The position numbers were made by a program, and so were the translations under genes. Positions 23,187-34,002 of a stretch of 64,000 nucleotides of DNA are shown here, piece after piece (the first letter of the stretch is position 1; each line of letters opens with the position of its first letter). Source of the DNA: an uncultured Verrucomicrobiae bacterium (GTDB taxonomy: Bacteria > Verrucomicrobiota > Verrucomicrobiia > Limisphaerales > Palsa-1400); contig CAVPOM010000014.1 of assembly GCA_963707025.1 (NCBI GenBank), positions 224,001 to 288,000 on the forward strand, given 5' to 3'. A model generated the notes under the pieces. The model did no database searches and was not told the DNA's origin. It saw nothing but the letters and a program-made list of their open reading frames with translations.

Positions 23187-24537
23187 AAACCCCATAAAGC
23201 GTGAACGACCCCGCCCGCTCGATTTGCAATTCCACCAACTCCCCGCGCCGCTCCTCCCCGCCCTCGAAAACCACAATGCGGTTGCAGCGCGTGCGGCCCA
23301 TTTGCCGCGCGGCGTTTCTTCGGCTCGGCCCTTCCACCAGCACCTCCATGCTTTGTCCCACGTGCGCCCTGTAGCGCCGCGCGCTGATTTCATTGACCAA
23401 GGCCAGCAGCCGCGCGTTCCGCTCCTCCTTCACCGCCTGCGGCACCTGGCCGGGCAGCGCCGCCGCCGGAGTGTCCTTCCGCGGCGAATACTTGAAGAGA
23501 TAGCCGTTGTCGAATTCCGCCACCCGCGCCAGCGACAGCGTCTCCTCGAAATCCGCCTCCGTTTCCCCCGGAAATCCGACAATGATATCCGTGGTGATGC
23601 CGATGCGCGGCTGCACCCGCCGCAATTTCTCGACAATGCCCAGGAACCGCTCCCGCGTGTAGCCGCGGTGCATCAACTTCAAGATGCGGTCGCTCCCGCT
23701 CTGCGCCGGCAGATGCGCGCTCTCGCACAGTTTGGGCAGCCGCCCGTAAGCCTCCACCAAATCATCCCCGTAGCCTTTCGGATGCGGCGAAGTGAACCGG
23801 ATGCGCTCCAGCCCCTCCACCTCATTAACCGCCTCCAGCAATTGCACAAAACCGGATTTCCCGTCCCGCACCGCAATTTCGCGCTTGCCGTAGCTGGTCA
23901 CGATTTGCCCTAGCAGCGTGATTTCCTTCACCCCGCCCTGCACCAATTGCCGGCACTCCGCCACGATCTCCGGGATCGTCCGGCTCCGCTCCTCCCCGCG
24001 CGTGTAAGGCACGATGCAAAAGGTGCAATACTGATTGCAACCCTGCATGATGCTGACAAACGCCGTCACCGGCCGCGCCGCCGCGCCGTTCCCTGCCCCG
24101 GGGCCACGTGGCAAATGCTCCTTGATCGTCGCCTCGCTCCCCGCCTCCTCCTCCACGTCCACGATCTTGTCGCGCCGTCCGGCCAGGATTTCGTCCAGAT
24201 AATCCGCCGTGCGATGAAATTTTTGCGTGCCAATCACCAGATCCACATCCGGCAATTGCTCCATCAACCGCGCGCCCCGGCTTTGCGCCATGCAACCCAG
24301 GAAACCCAGCACCACTTCCGGCCGGCGCCGCCTGGCCGCCGCCGCGACCGACTGCATCTTGCCGATGGCCTTTTGTTCCGCCATGTCGCGCACGCTGCAC
24401 GTATTGAGCAAAATCACATCCGCCAGCGCCTCGCTGGGCGCCAGCGAATATCCCCTGGCCGCGAATTGCGCCGCGACCGCCTCGGTGTCGCGCTCATTCA
24501 TCTGGCAGCCATACGTTTTGATATAAACACTCGGCAT
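23155..24537 (-). CDS. miaB: tRNA-2-methylthio-N6-dimethylallyladenosine synthase
   Basis: KTYGCQMN, NTCSVR, GCNQYCTFC radical SAM motif, TRAM domain. Confidence 0.95.
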   Translation of the reverse strand: MPSVYIKTYGCQMNERDTEAVAAQFAARGYSLAPSEALADVILLNTCSVRDMAEQKAIGKMQSVAAAARRRRPEVVLGFLGCMAQSRGARLMEQLPDVDLVIGTQKFHRTADYLDEILAGRRDKIVDVEEEAGSEATIKEHLPRGPGAGNGAAARPVTAFVSIMQGCNQYCTFCIVPYTRGEERSRTIPEIVAECRQLVQGGVKEITLLGQIVTSYGKREIAVRDGKSGFVQLLEAVNEVEGLERIRFTSPHPKGYGDDLVEAYGRLPKLCESAHLPAQSGSDRILKLMHRGYTRERFLGIVEKLRRVQPRIGITTDIIVGFPGETEADFEETLSLARVAEFDNGYLFKYSPRKDTPAAALPGQVPQAVKEERNARLLALVNEISARRYRAHVGQSMEVLVEGPSRRNAARQMGRTRCNRIVVFEGGEERRGELVELQIERAGSFTLYGVLNAKCKIQNE

Positions 24538-24585
24538 GATCCGCCATTTCGGTTTGTCCATTGCCCGTTTCCTGTGCAAAATCCG

Positions 24586-25710
24586 CTATTCCCTCATCTG
24601 TGCCGCGTCCAGTCCCACGCTTCGGCACCACTGCCGGTAAGCCGCCGGCGCGATTTCCGACGGCTTGATTTCACTGCGTCCGCCCCAGAATACATTGGTG
24701 TAACTCACCTCGATTCCGCAGTCCCGCAAATGCCGGTCAATCGCCGCCTTGTGCGCCAGCAGGGCCGCTTTCTCCAGGCCGTGCGCCACCCCCATCACAT
24801 TGACGTTGTGAAATTCCGGGCCGCCTTCCCGCCAATAAGCGTGCGTCATGATGTAATGCCGCCCCACTTCCCGCCCCGCTTCGATCTCCCGCCCGGCCGG
24901 CACCGCCCAATGAAACAGCCCGTTGAAGCGCGTCACCCGCTCGCCGTCCTTGAGCGGCTTGACATGTTCCAGAAACGTCGAAAATCGCCCGATGATTTTG
25001 CGCCGGTCCAAATCCTCCGCGATTTCATAAAACCGTTCCAGCGGCAAACCCGTTTCCTCCGCCCGCACCCGCCACAAATCGCGCAAAATCTCCTCCGCCG
25101 CGAATTCCCGTTTCAATGCTGTCAACACCACCCATTCCAGGTCCGTGAGCTGCGCGATGGCCACGTCCGTGACCTCCGCCGGTGTCTCCGCTTTCGCCCC
25201 CGCCTCCAGGCCCCGCCGCCGGATATGTCCCACCCCCAGCGCAAAGAGCCGCTTGGCCGGCATGAGGCGGAAATGTTCCGCCCCGGTTTCCCGCGCCAGA
25301 AAATCGCAATGTTTGCGCAGCGAAAAACCCTGCGGCACTTTCAGCGTCGTCCAGAGCTTGTAATTGGATCCCGCGGTCGCCGTGTCGGTTGAGCGCAGCA
25401 CCACATGACCGGAGAACGGGTCCTTCTGGAACATGTAATCAAACGCGCCCTCCAGCTTTTCCGCCGGCACCTGCCACGCCGCCAGCGAGCCTTGGGCCAG
25501 ATTGGTCGCCAGCAACGTTTGCCGCGCGCGGCGGATGGTGCCGGCCTCCAGCATGGCGCGCAGGCGCTGGATCACCATCCCCGCACCCACCCCGCTTTGC
25601 CGGACGATTTCCCCCACCGGATCGCGTTGAAACCCCTGCAACTTGTCCTCCGAAACCGCCAGAATGCGCGCATTGACCGGATCGCTGATTTCAAACGGTG
25701 CCTTTTCCAT
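24586..25710 (-). CDS. Tandem Lrp/AsnC-like protein, possible fused siroheme decarboxylase (AhbA/B, NirDL-like)
   Basis: Two HTH+RAM-like halves; THAYWR resembles the HxYxR motif. Confidence 0.55.
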   Translation of the reverse strand: MEKAPFEISDPVNARILAVSEDKLQGFQRDPVGEIVRQSGVGAGMVIQRLRAMLEAGTIRRARQTLLATNLAQGSLAAWQVPAEKLEGAFDYMFQKDPFSGHVVLRSTDTATAGSNYKLWTTLKVPQGFSLRKHCDFLARETGAEHFRLMPAKRLFALGVGHIRRRGLEAGAKAETPAEVTDVAIAQLTDLEWVVLTALKREFAAEEILRDLWRVRAEETGLPLERFYEIAEDLDRRKIIGRFSTFLEHVKPLKDGERVTRFNGLFHWAVPAGREIEAGREVGRHYIMTHAYWREGGPEFHNVNVMGVAHGLEKAALLAHKAAIDRHLRDCGIEVSYTNVFWGGRSEIKPSEIAPAAYRQWCRSVGLDAAQMRE

Positions 25711-25723
25711 GCCACTTGCCTCC

Positions 25724-26620
25724 TCACGCCACGAGGCGCTGCAAAATCGCCTTTTGGCAATGGAGCCGGTTTTCCGCCTCTTCAAATATAGTGGAGGCAT
25801 GGGCCTCGAAAGTTGGCTCGTCAATTTCCTTCCCGCGATACGCCGGCAGGCAGTGCATCACCAGCGCCCCGGGCCGGGCCAGCTTCACCACGCTGCCGTT
25901 GATTTGATAACCCGCCAATTCCCGCAAACGATCCGCCGCTTCCGCCTCCTTCCCCATTGAAACCCAGACATCCGTGTAAAGCAAATCCGCCCCCCGCGCC
26001 GCCTCCCGCACGTCCTCGGTGCAAACCACCCGGCCCCCCGCCCGGCGCAAGACCTCCGCTCCCGGCTGATATTTTTTCGGCGCCGCGATGCGCAATTCAA
26101 ATTCCAGTTTCGCCGCCGCAAAAATCCAGGACGCCGGCACATTGCAGGCCCCGTCCCCAATGAACGCCACCACCCTGCCCTGGATCGCACCGCGCTTTTC
26201 CTGGAAGGTGAAAATATCCGTCAAGATCTGGCAGGGATGCTCCTCATCGGTCAGGGCGTTGACCGTCGGAACCCCCGCATACTCGGCGAACTCCTCCACG
26301 TCCTTCTGCGCATAAGTGCGAATGACCGCGCCATGAATCATCCGCCCCAAAACCCGCGCCGTGTCCTTGATCGGTTCGCCCCGCCCCAGTTGGATTTCCG
26401 CCGCGCTCAGAAACATCACCTGGCCGCCCAGTTCCCGGATGCCCACCTCAAAGGAAACGCGGGTGCGCGTGGAAGATTTGGCAAACATCAGCGCCCAGGT
26501 CTGCCCGCGCAGCGGCTGGGTGGCATGATGGCCGCGCTCTTTCTTCATCGCCGCGCTCCCCGCCAGGATGCCTTCCATGTCAGACCGCGACAATTTTTCC
26601 AGACTCAATAAGTTCTTCAT
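25724..26620 (-). CDS. argF: Ornithine carbamoyltransferase
   Basis: SSTRTRVSF, HPCQ, DVWVSMG, HCLP. Confidence 0.97.
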   Translation of the reverse strand: MKNLLSLEKLSRSDMEGILAGSAAMKKERGHHATQPLRGQTWALMFAKSSTRTRVSFEVGIRELGGQVMFLSAAEIQLGRGEPIKDTARVLGRMIHGAVIRTYAQKDVEEFAEYAGVPTVNALTDEEHPCQILTDIFTFQEKRGAIQGRVVAFIGDGACNVPASWIFAAAKLEFELRIAAPKKYQPGAEVLRRAGGRVVCTEDVREAARGADLLYTDVWVSMGKEAEAADRLRELAGYQINGSVVKLARPGALVMHCLPAYRGKEIDEPTFEAHASTIFEEAENRLHCQKAILQRLVA

Positions 26621-27912
26621 GGGGATATCCTCGCCACCACCGATTCAATCATGCCAATGCCCTCCGCCGCTTCCTCCCGCCGCAAATTCAGCGCGGGCAG
26701 AAATCGGATGACCTGCGTGCCCGACGGCACCGCCAAGGCGCCCGCCGCGTGCAGACAATTGATGAACTGGACCGCCGGGGATTTTTCACTCCCCGCGAAG
26801 GCCGGGATTTTCGCCGCCAATTCCATCCCCATCATCAGCCCAAGCCCGCGCACCTGCTGGATGACCGCCGGATATTTCGCCGCAATGCGCCGCAATTCTC
26901 CTTTGAACCAGCCGCCCGTCTCCCGCGCATTGTCGGCCAGATGATCCCGCCCGATGACCTCCAGAATCTTCAGCGCCACCGCGCAGGCCAGCGGCGAACC
27001 TCCGTAAGTCGTGCCGTGCGAGCCGGCGTCCAGCAAATCCGCGTACGCCTCCCGCACCCAGAATGCCCCCATCGGAAAACCGCCGCCCAGCGACTTGGCC
27101 ATGGCAATTCCATCGGGCAGAAATGCCGCCGCCGCCGCCTCTCCTGTTTTCTCCTCCAGGATGCGCTGAAAACTCTGAAACCGTCCGGTGCGAAAATGCC
27201 CGCACTGCACCCCGTCCATCAGCAGCAGCAACCTCTTCTCATCGCACAATCGCCGCAGCCCCAGCAAATACTCCGCCTCGGCCGGGACGACGCCGATTTC
27301 CCCCTGCACGCCCTCCACCAGAATGGCCGCCGTGGCGGGCGACAAGGCGGCCCGCGCGGCGGCCGCGTCATTGAACGGAATTTGCCGGAAACCGGCCACC
27401 ATCGGCCCGAATCCTTTCTTGACCTTGGCCTGCCCGCTGGCGGCGATGCCCGCCAGGGTCCGCCCGTGAAAGGAATTCTGCGCGGTCAGTATTTCAAAAC
27501 GGCCTTCCTCGTGGCCAAAGCGCCGCGCCAGTTTGAAAAGGCCCTCATTGGCCTCGGCCCCGCTGTTGCAAAAGAAAACCTTGCCCGGCCCGATCAGGCC
27601 CACCAGTGCTTGCGCCAGCCGGCCCTGCTCCTCGTGATAATAAAGATTGGAAACATGCCCGAGCTGGCGCGATTGCTCGACCAGCGCCTGCGTGATCTCC
27701 GCATGGGCGTGCCCCAGCGCGCAGACCGCGATGCCGCCGCCCAAATCCAGGTATCGTTTCCCGTTCACGTCCCACACCTGCGAGCCTTCGCCCCGTTTCA
27801 ATACGACCTCGAAACGGGCATACGTGGGAACCACGTTCTTGCGGAAAAGTTCCTGAATCGCTTGCACTTCGTTGCGGACCACTGCCGGTGGCGCGGGGAT
27901 AATATCTCTCAT
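26617..27912 (-). CDS. argD: Acetylornithine aminotransferase
   Basis: CNSGAEANE, SFHGRT, AKSLGGG, HGTTYGG; arg operon context. Confidence 0.92.
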   Translation of the reverse strand: MRDIIPAPPAVVRNEVQAIQELFRKNVVPTYARFEVVLKRGEGSQVWDVNGKRYLDLGGGIAVCALGHAHAEITQALVEQSRQLGHVSNLYYHEEQGRLAQALVGLIGPGKVFFCNSGAEANEGLFKLARRFGHEEGRFEILTAQNSFHGRTLAGIAASGQAKVKKGFGPMVAGFRQIPFNDAAAARAALSPATAAILVEGVQGEIGVVPAEAEYLLGLRRLCDEKRLLLLMDGVQCGHFRTGRFQSFQRILEEKTGEAAAAAFLPDGIAMAKSLGGGFPMGAFWVREAYADLLDAGSHGTTYGGSPLACAVALKILEVIGRDHLADNARETGGWFKGELRRIAAKYPAVIQQVRGLGLMMGMELAAKIPAFAGSEKSPAVQFINCLHAAGALAVPSGTQVIRFLPALNLRREEAAEGIGMIESVVARISP

Positions 27913-28496
27913 CTTTCCGCCTTGAGTCCGTCCCACGTTTCGAGATAGAGCTTCTGAACCGCCGCATCAACCGCCAGATCGCGCGGCAATTTCCGCCGTT
28001 GGATAATTTCAACCACATCCGCCTTGTCCTTCAACCGGCGCAACGGCGAATTGGCCCAACTGTCCAATTTCAGCGAGATCAACTTTTCCAGCCCCACAAT
28101 TTGCAATAGATCGCTCGCCACCGTCGGCAGCGGAAAAGGCACCTGGCAGCCCTGCTTCAGCACCTTGCCCGCCTGCAGCAAATCAATCATCGTCTCCGTG
28201 CGCCGGTCTTGGATTCTATCTTCAATGCCGTCCCGAAGGCGGAAGAGCGGCCCGGTCACATCCGCCGTGAGGATTTCCAGCGCGTCCAGCACATCAGGGA
28301 CCACGATATCCACATCAATCGTCACGCGCGGATAACCGTGCTCCTGCACCGCGATGCCGCCGACAATCAGATGCGGTATGAGATGGTCCGCCAGCCGGCC
28401 GGCCGCCAGACGCGCCGTCTCGACGACGCCGGAAGTTCCGGTGCCTTCGCGCAAAACATAAGCATCATGGTCAGTCATCGGCCTGTAGTATGGCAT
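27909..28496 (-). CDS. Nucleotidyltransferase-superfamily protein (AbiEii/DUF2204-like)
   Basis: IVGGIAV...GYPRVTIDVD and C-terminal LISLK...RLKDKAD. Confidence 0.65.
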   Translation of the reverse strand: MPYYRPMTDHDAYVLREGTGTSGVVETARLAAGRLADHLIPHLIVGGIAVQEHGYPRVTIDVDIVVPDVLDALEILTADVTGPLFRLRDGIEDRIQDRRTETMIDLLQAGKVLKQGCQVPFPLPTVASDLLQIVGLEKLISLKLDSWANSPLRRLKDKADVVEIIQRRKLPRDLAVDAAVQKLYLETWDGLKAER

Positions 28497-28540
28497 GTTT
28501 CCCGGCGCGGTTCAACCTTTGCTCTGGCGCCGGTTTGCCT

Positions 28541-29347
28541 TCACAACACAATCTCGGTTCCCACAGCCGCATTGGCGCGCATTTCCAAAAGCACGGCATG
28601 GGCCACCCGCCCGTCCACGAAGAATACTTCCTTCACACCCGCCCGCACCGCCGCCACCGCGCTGTCCACCTTGGGAATCATTCCCTGGTCAATCACGCCG
28701 GACTTTTTCAAACCCTCCACTTCTCCCGCGGAGAGGCGCGGGATGAGCGTTTTGGGATTCTTTGCATCGCGCAACAAACCGGGAACGTCGCTCATGAACA
28801 CCAGCCGTTCGGCCTGCAAGGCGATGGCCGTCTCGGCCGCCGCCACATCCGCGTTGCAATTATAGATTTGGCCGTCCTGGCCGCGCGCCGTCGGGCTGAC
28901 CACCGGGACGATTCCATTCCGGACGCATTGCCGCAAAGGCTCCGTCTTCACCGCCACCACTTCGCCCACAAATCCCGGATCCAGCCGCTGCCCGTCCGGC
29001 CCCAAAAGCCACAGCTTGCGGCAGGTAAAAATCTCCGTGCCGGAAAATCCCTTCGCTTTTCCTCCCAGCCCGTTAATCGTACTGACAATCTGCGGATTGA
29101 TCTCTTGCGAGAGCACGCGCTCCACCACCCGCGCCGCTGCTTCATCCGTGACCCGCATTCCTTGCAGGAACTTCGCCGCCTGTCCCGCCCTGGCCAGGGC
29201 CGCGGTGATCGCCTTGCCGCCGCCATGCACCAGCACCGGGCCGATCCCCGCCGACGCCAGAAACACCACATCCCGCGCCACGCCCGCCCGTCCCGCCGCC
29301 TCGGGCGAGTCCATGAAACTCCCACCATATTTAATGACAAAAATCAT
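28541..29347 (-). CDS. argB: Acetylglutamate kinase
   Basis: VIKYGGS, VHGGG, GMRVTD, YNCNAD, GMIPKV. Confidence 0.95.
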   Translation of the reverse strand: MIFVIKYGGSFMDSPEAAGRAGVARDVVFLASAGIGPVLVHGGGKAITAALARAGQAAKFLQGMRVTDEAAARVVERVLSQEINPQIVSTINGLGGKAKGFSGTEIFTCRKLWLLGPDGQRLDPGFVGEVVAVKTEPLRQCVRNGIVPVVSPTARGQDGQIYNCNADVAAAETAIALQAERLVFMSDVPGLLRDAKNPKTLIPRLSAGEVEGLKKSGVIDQGMIPKVDSAVAAVRAGVKEVFFVDGRVAHAVLLEMRANAAVGTEIVL

Positions 29348-29360
29348 AATCTTCTTCCCC

Positions 29361-30698
29361 TCAACCGCCCAGCGACGCGGGATCCGTCACATCGCCCTTG
29401 TTGAACTCCACGTAGGACTCGGTCAGGTCGGCGGAATAAATCACGGCGGAGGCGCGGCCGAGATGCAGGTGGATGTGCAGGTCAAAGGCCGGAGCGGCGC
29501 TGATCTGGCAAAGGGCGCCAAAGGAAACATCCGCCGGACGGCCCCGCCTGAGGGAATATAACACCTCGCGCCGGCCGGGCAGGCTGTAACCGACATCAAT
29601 TTTACTCTCCACCAGCGCCGCCGCCGAATATCCCAGCGCGCACAAGATCCGCCCCCAATTCGGGTCCCCCCCGCACCAACTGGTTTTCACCAGCGTGCTG
29701 TTGGCCACCGCCCGCGCCGCCGCGTCCGCGTCGCCCGGGGATTTGGCCCCCGCCACACGAACGGTAACGAAACGCGAAACCCCCTCGCCATCCAGCACGA
29801 TCTTTTTGGCCAGCTCCAGCGCGACATGATCCAAGGCGGCCTGGAAATGGCGGCGGTCTCCCGCACGCGCGGTCAGCGGCGGATTTCCGGCCCGGCCGTT
29901 GGCCAGGATCAGCACGGTGTCGTTGGTGCTCATGTCGCCGTCCACCGTGATGCGGTTGAAACTCCCCGCCACCGCTTCGTTCAGCGCGGCTTGCAGGAAT
30001 TTCGCCTCCACCGCGGCGTCGGTCGTCAGGAAACAGAGCATGGTGGCGTGCCACGGCCGCAAGGCGGGCCGCACCCCGGTTGGGCTCATGCCCGGCTGGA
30101 TCATGCCCGCCCCTTTGCCAATGCCGCCCAGCCGGACTTTCTTGCCGCCCAGTTCAATCTCCACCGCGATTTCCTTCCGCCGCGTGTCGCTGGTCATGAT
30201 GGCTTCGGCCGCCTGCCGCGCTCCGTCCGGTCCGCTCTCCAGCAGGTGCGCCGCGTCAATTATTCCTTTTGTGACTTGGGCCATCGGCAAGGGCACCCCG
30301 ATGCGCCCGGTGGAAGCGACCAGGACTTCGCGCGGGGAAATTTCGCGGCCACGGCAAGCCGCGGCGACCGCCCGGGCCATCGCCCTGGCGTCCCGCAGGC
30401 CCTGACGGCCGGTGCAGGCGTTGGCGTTGCCGGAATTGACCACGATGGCCCGGGCCGTCCCGCCCGCCACACGTTGCACACAAAGCTTGACCGGCGCGGC
30501 GCAAACGCGGTTGGTGGTGAAAGTTCCTGCCACGGCCGCCGGCGCGTCGGAAACGATCAGTGCCAGGTCCCGTTTCCGGCCTTTGTCGGAGCCTTTGCCC
30601 GTGCCGAGGCGTTTGATGTCACAAAACACTCCCGCGGCCCGGAAGCCTTGCGGCGCGGTGACAGAACCGCCGATGTCCTGGAAGGAAACCGGTTTCAC
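29361..30698 (-). CDS. argJ: Ornithine acetyltransferase / amino-acid acetyltransferase
   Basis: NSGNANACTG, KGAGMI, HATML, DGDMSTND, DGEG, DPNWGR; GTG start. Confidence 0.95.
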   Translation of the reverse strand: MKPVSFQDIGGSVTAPQGFRAAGVFCDIKRLGTGKGSDKGRKRDLALIVSDAPAAVAGTFTTNRVCAAPVKLCVQRVAGGTARAIVVNSGNANACTGRQGLRDARAMARAVAAACRGREISPREVLVASTGRIGVPLPMAQVTKGIIDAAHLLESGPDGARQAAEAIMTSDTRRKEIAVEIELGGKKVRLGGIGKGAGMIQPGMSPTGVRPALRPWHATMLCFLTTDAAVEAKFLQAALNEAVAGSFNRITVDGDMSTNDTVLILANGRAGNPPLTARAGDRRHFQAALDHVALELAKKIVLDGEGVSRFVTVRVAGAKSPGDADAAARAVANSTLVKTSWCGGDPNWGRILCALGYSAAALVESKIDVGYSLPGRREVLYSLRRGRPADVSFGALCQISAAPAFDLHIHLHLGRASAVIYSADLTESYVEFNKGDVTDPASLGG

Positions 30699-30700
30699 AA

Positions 30701-32512
30701 CTACCGCTTCTCCATGCGGCGGCGCAGGGTTTCGTCGAGTATTTTTTTTCGCATCCGCAGGTTGAGCGGGGTGGCTTCCACATATTCGTCCGGCCCGATG
30801 TACTCCAGCGCCCGTTCCAGGGACATTTTCAGCGGGGGATCCAGTTGAATGCCTTTGCCGTCGCCCTGGGAACGCATGTTGGTCAGCCGTTTGGCCTTGC
30901 ACGGATTGACCGGGATGTCGTTTTCCCGCGCGTTTTCGCCCACGATCATGCCTTTGTAAATTTTGTCACCCGGCTCCACCATCAAGCGCCCGCGTTCCTG
31001 GACCATGTTCAAGGCGTAGGCCATGGCCTCCCCGTTCTCCATGCTGACCAGCGATCCGTTCTTGCGCGCCAACACTTCCCCGCGGTGCGCCCCGTACTCG
31101 TGGAATAAATGGCTCATCACCCCCAGGCCGCGGGTCATGTTGACCAAATCGGTTTCAAACCCAATGAGGCCCCGCATCGGCATCAAAGCCTCGATGGTGA
31201 CATCGTTGCCGTGGTGGTCCATCTGGGTGATTTCGGCCTTCCGGCCCGACATGTTTTCCAAAACCGCCCCCATCGTTTCCTTCGGTATTTCCAAATACAC
31301 TTTCTCAATCGGTTCCAGCACCTTGCCCGCGGCGTCCTTGCGGTTGATGACTTCGGGACGGGAAACCAGCACTTCGTAGCCTTCGCGCCGCATCTGTTCG
31401 ACCAGGATGGCAATTTGCATCTCGCCCCGCCCGGCCACGTTGAAAACGTTGGGCAGATCGGTCTGGGATATCCGCAGGGCCACGTTGGTGCGGATTTCCC
31501 GCGTCAGCCGCTCCCAAATGTGCCGCGCGGTGACCAGCTTGCCATCCAGCCCCGCCAGCGGACCATCGTTGACGGCAAACTGCATCTGAATGGTCGGCGG
31601 ATCAATCGGCACGAAGGGCAGCGGCTGGCGCGTGACCACGTTGGTGATGGTTTCGCCGATGAAAACATCCTCAAACCCGGTCACACCCACGACATCCCCG
31701 GCATGGGCTTCGACGATTTCCATGCGCTTCAACCCTTCAAAATGAAACAGCGCCGTAATTTTTCCTTCCGTTTTCCGGCCGTCCCCATGCAGGCAAACCG
31801 CCGCATCACCGACTTTGGCCTTGCCGCTGTAAATCTTCCCAAAGGCGATTCGGCCCAGATAATCGGAATAATCCAGATTGGCCACCAGCATCTTGAATTC
31901 CGTGCCCGCATGGGCGCGCGGCGGGGGGATGTGCTGGATGATGGCGCCAAAGAGCGGCTCCATGTTCGTGCTTTCGTCCTTCATGTTGATCTTGGCATAG
32001 CCCTCCTTGGCGCTGGCATAAACCACCGGAAAATCCAACTGCTCGTCCGTGGCATGGAGCGAAACAAACAAATCAAAGACCCAATCCAGCACCTTGTGCG
32101 GGGTGGCGTTGTCCCGGTCTATCTTGTTGATCACCACGATCGGTTTGGCCCCCGCTTCCAGCGCCTTGCGCAACACGAAACGGGTTTGCGCCTGCGGGCC
32201 GTCGGTCGCGTCCACCACCAGCAAAACCCCGTCTATCATGTTCATAATCCGCTCCACCTCGCCGCCAAAATCCGCGTGGCCCGGCGTATCCACGATATTG
32301 ATGTCGTAATCCTTGTACTTGAACGCGGCGTTTTTGGCGCGGATGGTGATGCCCTTCTCCCGTTCCAAATCCATCGAATCCATGATGCGCACCTCATGCG
32401 AGATGGCCTGGTTGGCTCGAAACGTGCCGGACTGTTTGAGCAAACAATCAACCAGCGTGGTCTTGCCGTGGTCAACGTGCGCGATAATGGCGATATTGCG
32501 AATATGGTTCAT
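30701..32512 (-). CDS. typA: Translational GTPase TypA/BipA
   Basis: [36 protein letters not shown]. Confidence 0.97.
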   Translation of the reverse strand: MNHIRNIAIIAHVDHGKTTLVDCLLKQSGTFRANQAISHEVRIMDSMDLEREKGITIRAKNAAFKYKDYDINIVDTPGHADFGGEVERIMNMIDGVLLVVDATDGPQAQTRFVLRKALEAGAKPIVVINKIDRDNATPHKVLDWVFDLFVSLHATDEQLDFPVVYASAKEGYAKINMKDESTNMEPLFGAIIQHIPPPRAHAGTEFKMLVANLDYSDYLGRIAFGKIYSGKAKVGDAAVCLHGDGRKTEGKITALFHFEGLKRMEIVEAHAGDVVGVTGFEDVFIGETITNVVTRQPLPFVPIDPPTIQMQFAVNDGPLAGLDGKLVTARHIWERLTREIRTNVALRISQTDLPNVFNVAGRGEMQIAILVEQMRREGYEVLVSRPEVINRKDAAGKVLEPIEKVYLEIPKETMGAVLENMSGRKAEITQMDHHGNDVTIEALMPMRGLIGFETDLVNMTRGLGVMSHLFHEYGAHRGEVLARKNGSLVSMENGEAMAYALNMVQERGRLMVEPGDKIYKGMIVGENARENDIPVNPCKAKRLTNMRSQGDGKGIQLDPPLKMSLERALEYIGPDEYVEATPLNLRMRKKILDETLRRRMEKR

Positions 32513-32595
32513 TGAAATCCAACCGCGGCACACAAGCTGAATCCGCCGCCGCCAAAGCGCAAGCAACAAAGCGTAAAATCCCCCTGCTCAGAAAC

Positions 32596-32623
32596 AAAAA
32601 AAGGCATCCTTGCGGATGCCTTT
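32596..32623 (-). terminator. Rho-independent terminator after the prepilin-like gene
   Basis: Minus strand AGGCATCC-GCAA-GGATGCC followed by a T run. Confidence 0.8.
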
Positions 32624-32646
32624 ATGAAAATCAGGTCAAGCTCTGC

Positions 32647-33573
32647 TCAGGGGAAACAAAAGTGAACATAGGGAGCCGTCCCGGCAGGTGGATTTCCGTA
32701 AGTATTCACCTGGTTCGCGTTAAAATTACCCTGGTCAGATGCATTTTTCAGCCAATTCAGATCGAACGCGGCCGAGGACATCTGCTGACCACTGCCATCG
32801 CCCAATAAAATATTGCCACTGCCCGCCGTGTTCCCCGCCGAATGCAATTTCATGGACCAGGCCACTTGATTTCCCGTCGTGTTGGGGCTGGCCGAGTTGC
32901 CGAGGTTGACGACCGTAATAGTGCCTTTCGTGCTCAGAACCACGTCAGCTCCGGTAGCAGTGGTGATGTTTGCTCCAGAGAAACCGTAATTCTGGTCTGG
33001 ATTCACCGGGTTTTGAAGCTCGCCACCCAGATTGCGGTCGCCGCCGGCAATGGCCTGCGGATACACGTCATTGGCCCCGACGCCCACAAAATATGAAAGC
33101 GTCCCGGCGCTAAATGCACCGTTGCCGGTATTGGTGAAGGACAAGGCGGCCGTGCGGTCGTCTGATGGGCAGACCACCAGTTTGGGGGACTGGCCCATTT
33201 CATTGCCCATATCCACATAATTGAAAGCCACCCCGGCCCCCGTGACAATTCCGACTGAAGGGCCTATAATGGCGCCCAAATTGGGCTGCAGCACAGTGAG
33301 AGGGGCTGCGCCTCCCCCGCCGGTTGCGTCCATCCATCCGCCTTGCGCGACCGTCTGCAGGGCCGGAACCCGGTCGCCGTTGTCGCCCGCCCACAGCCGA
33401 TAGCCGGTGCCGACTTCCTTTAAGTTGTTGAGGCAGGAAATCCGTTGTGCCTTTTGTTTGGCTTTGGCCAGCGCCGGCAACAGCATGCTCGCCAGAATGG
33501 CGATAATCGCGATGACCACGAGCAGTTCAATCAGGGTGAAACCTGCCGCTATGTTTTTCCTCATTTTTTTCAT
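32647..33573 (-). CDS. Prepilin-type N-terminal cleavage/methylation protein
   Basis: [25 protein letters not shown]-terminal H...GDGS. Confidence 0.92.
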   Translation of the reverse strand: MKKMRKNIAAGFTLIELLVVIAIIAILASMLLPALAKAKQKAQRISCLNNLKEVGTGYRLWAGDNGDRVPALQTVAQGGWMDATGGGGAAPLTVLQPNLGAIIGPSVGIVTGAGVAFNYVDMGNEMGQSPKLVVCPSDDRTAALSFTNTGNGAFSAGTLSYFVGVGANDVYPQAIAGGDRNLGGELQNPVNPDQNYGFSGANITTATGADVVLSTKGTITVVNLGNSASPNTTGNQVAWSMKLHSAGNTAGSGNILLGDGSGQQMSSAAFDLNWLKNASDQGNFNANQVNTYGNPPAGTAPYVHFCFP

Positions 33574-33655
33574 AAACTTTATTTGTTGTTTGTGCTAAAG
33601 AGCCTCTACTGTAATGTTTTTGCTTGCAGTGTCAACTCGATTTGATTTCCCTTTT

Positions 33656-33671
33656 AGCACAGATGATGCCA
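33656..33671 (-). promoter_or_regulatory. Putative sigma-54 (-24/-12) promoter of the prepilin-like gene
   Basis: Minus strand TGGCATCATCTGTGCT (GG-N10-GC) about 85 nt upstream of the ATG. Confidence 0.5.
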
Positions 33672-34002
33672 TCGCCTGCTTCGTCCCTCCAATAGCGGTT
33701 TTTTGGCCCTTTCCGGCACTTTTTGCCGTATATTTCCATGATAATTGGCCCATGCGCGAAAATTCCACGCACAATGCGTGAGAAAAAACCGCCAAGTTCG
33801 TGAAATTTCCACTCATAGCCCAGCGATCAACGCCCAGCAGGTGCGCCTCACGGCATTGAAGAGGGCGCTGTTCGCGGCGTTTGGCAAACCGACTATTCCA
33901 GATTTCAGCATAAACTAAGTGGTACGCATTGAGCCTTTCGTGTTCAGCGCATCCGAAATGTCTTGTCCGGCGGCCTGTCGCCCCCGATTGACCCTTCCTG
34001 AT

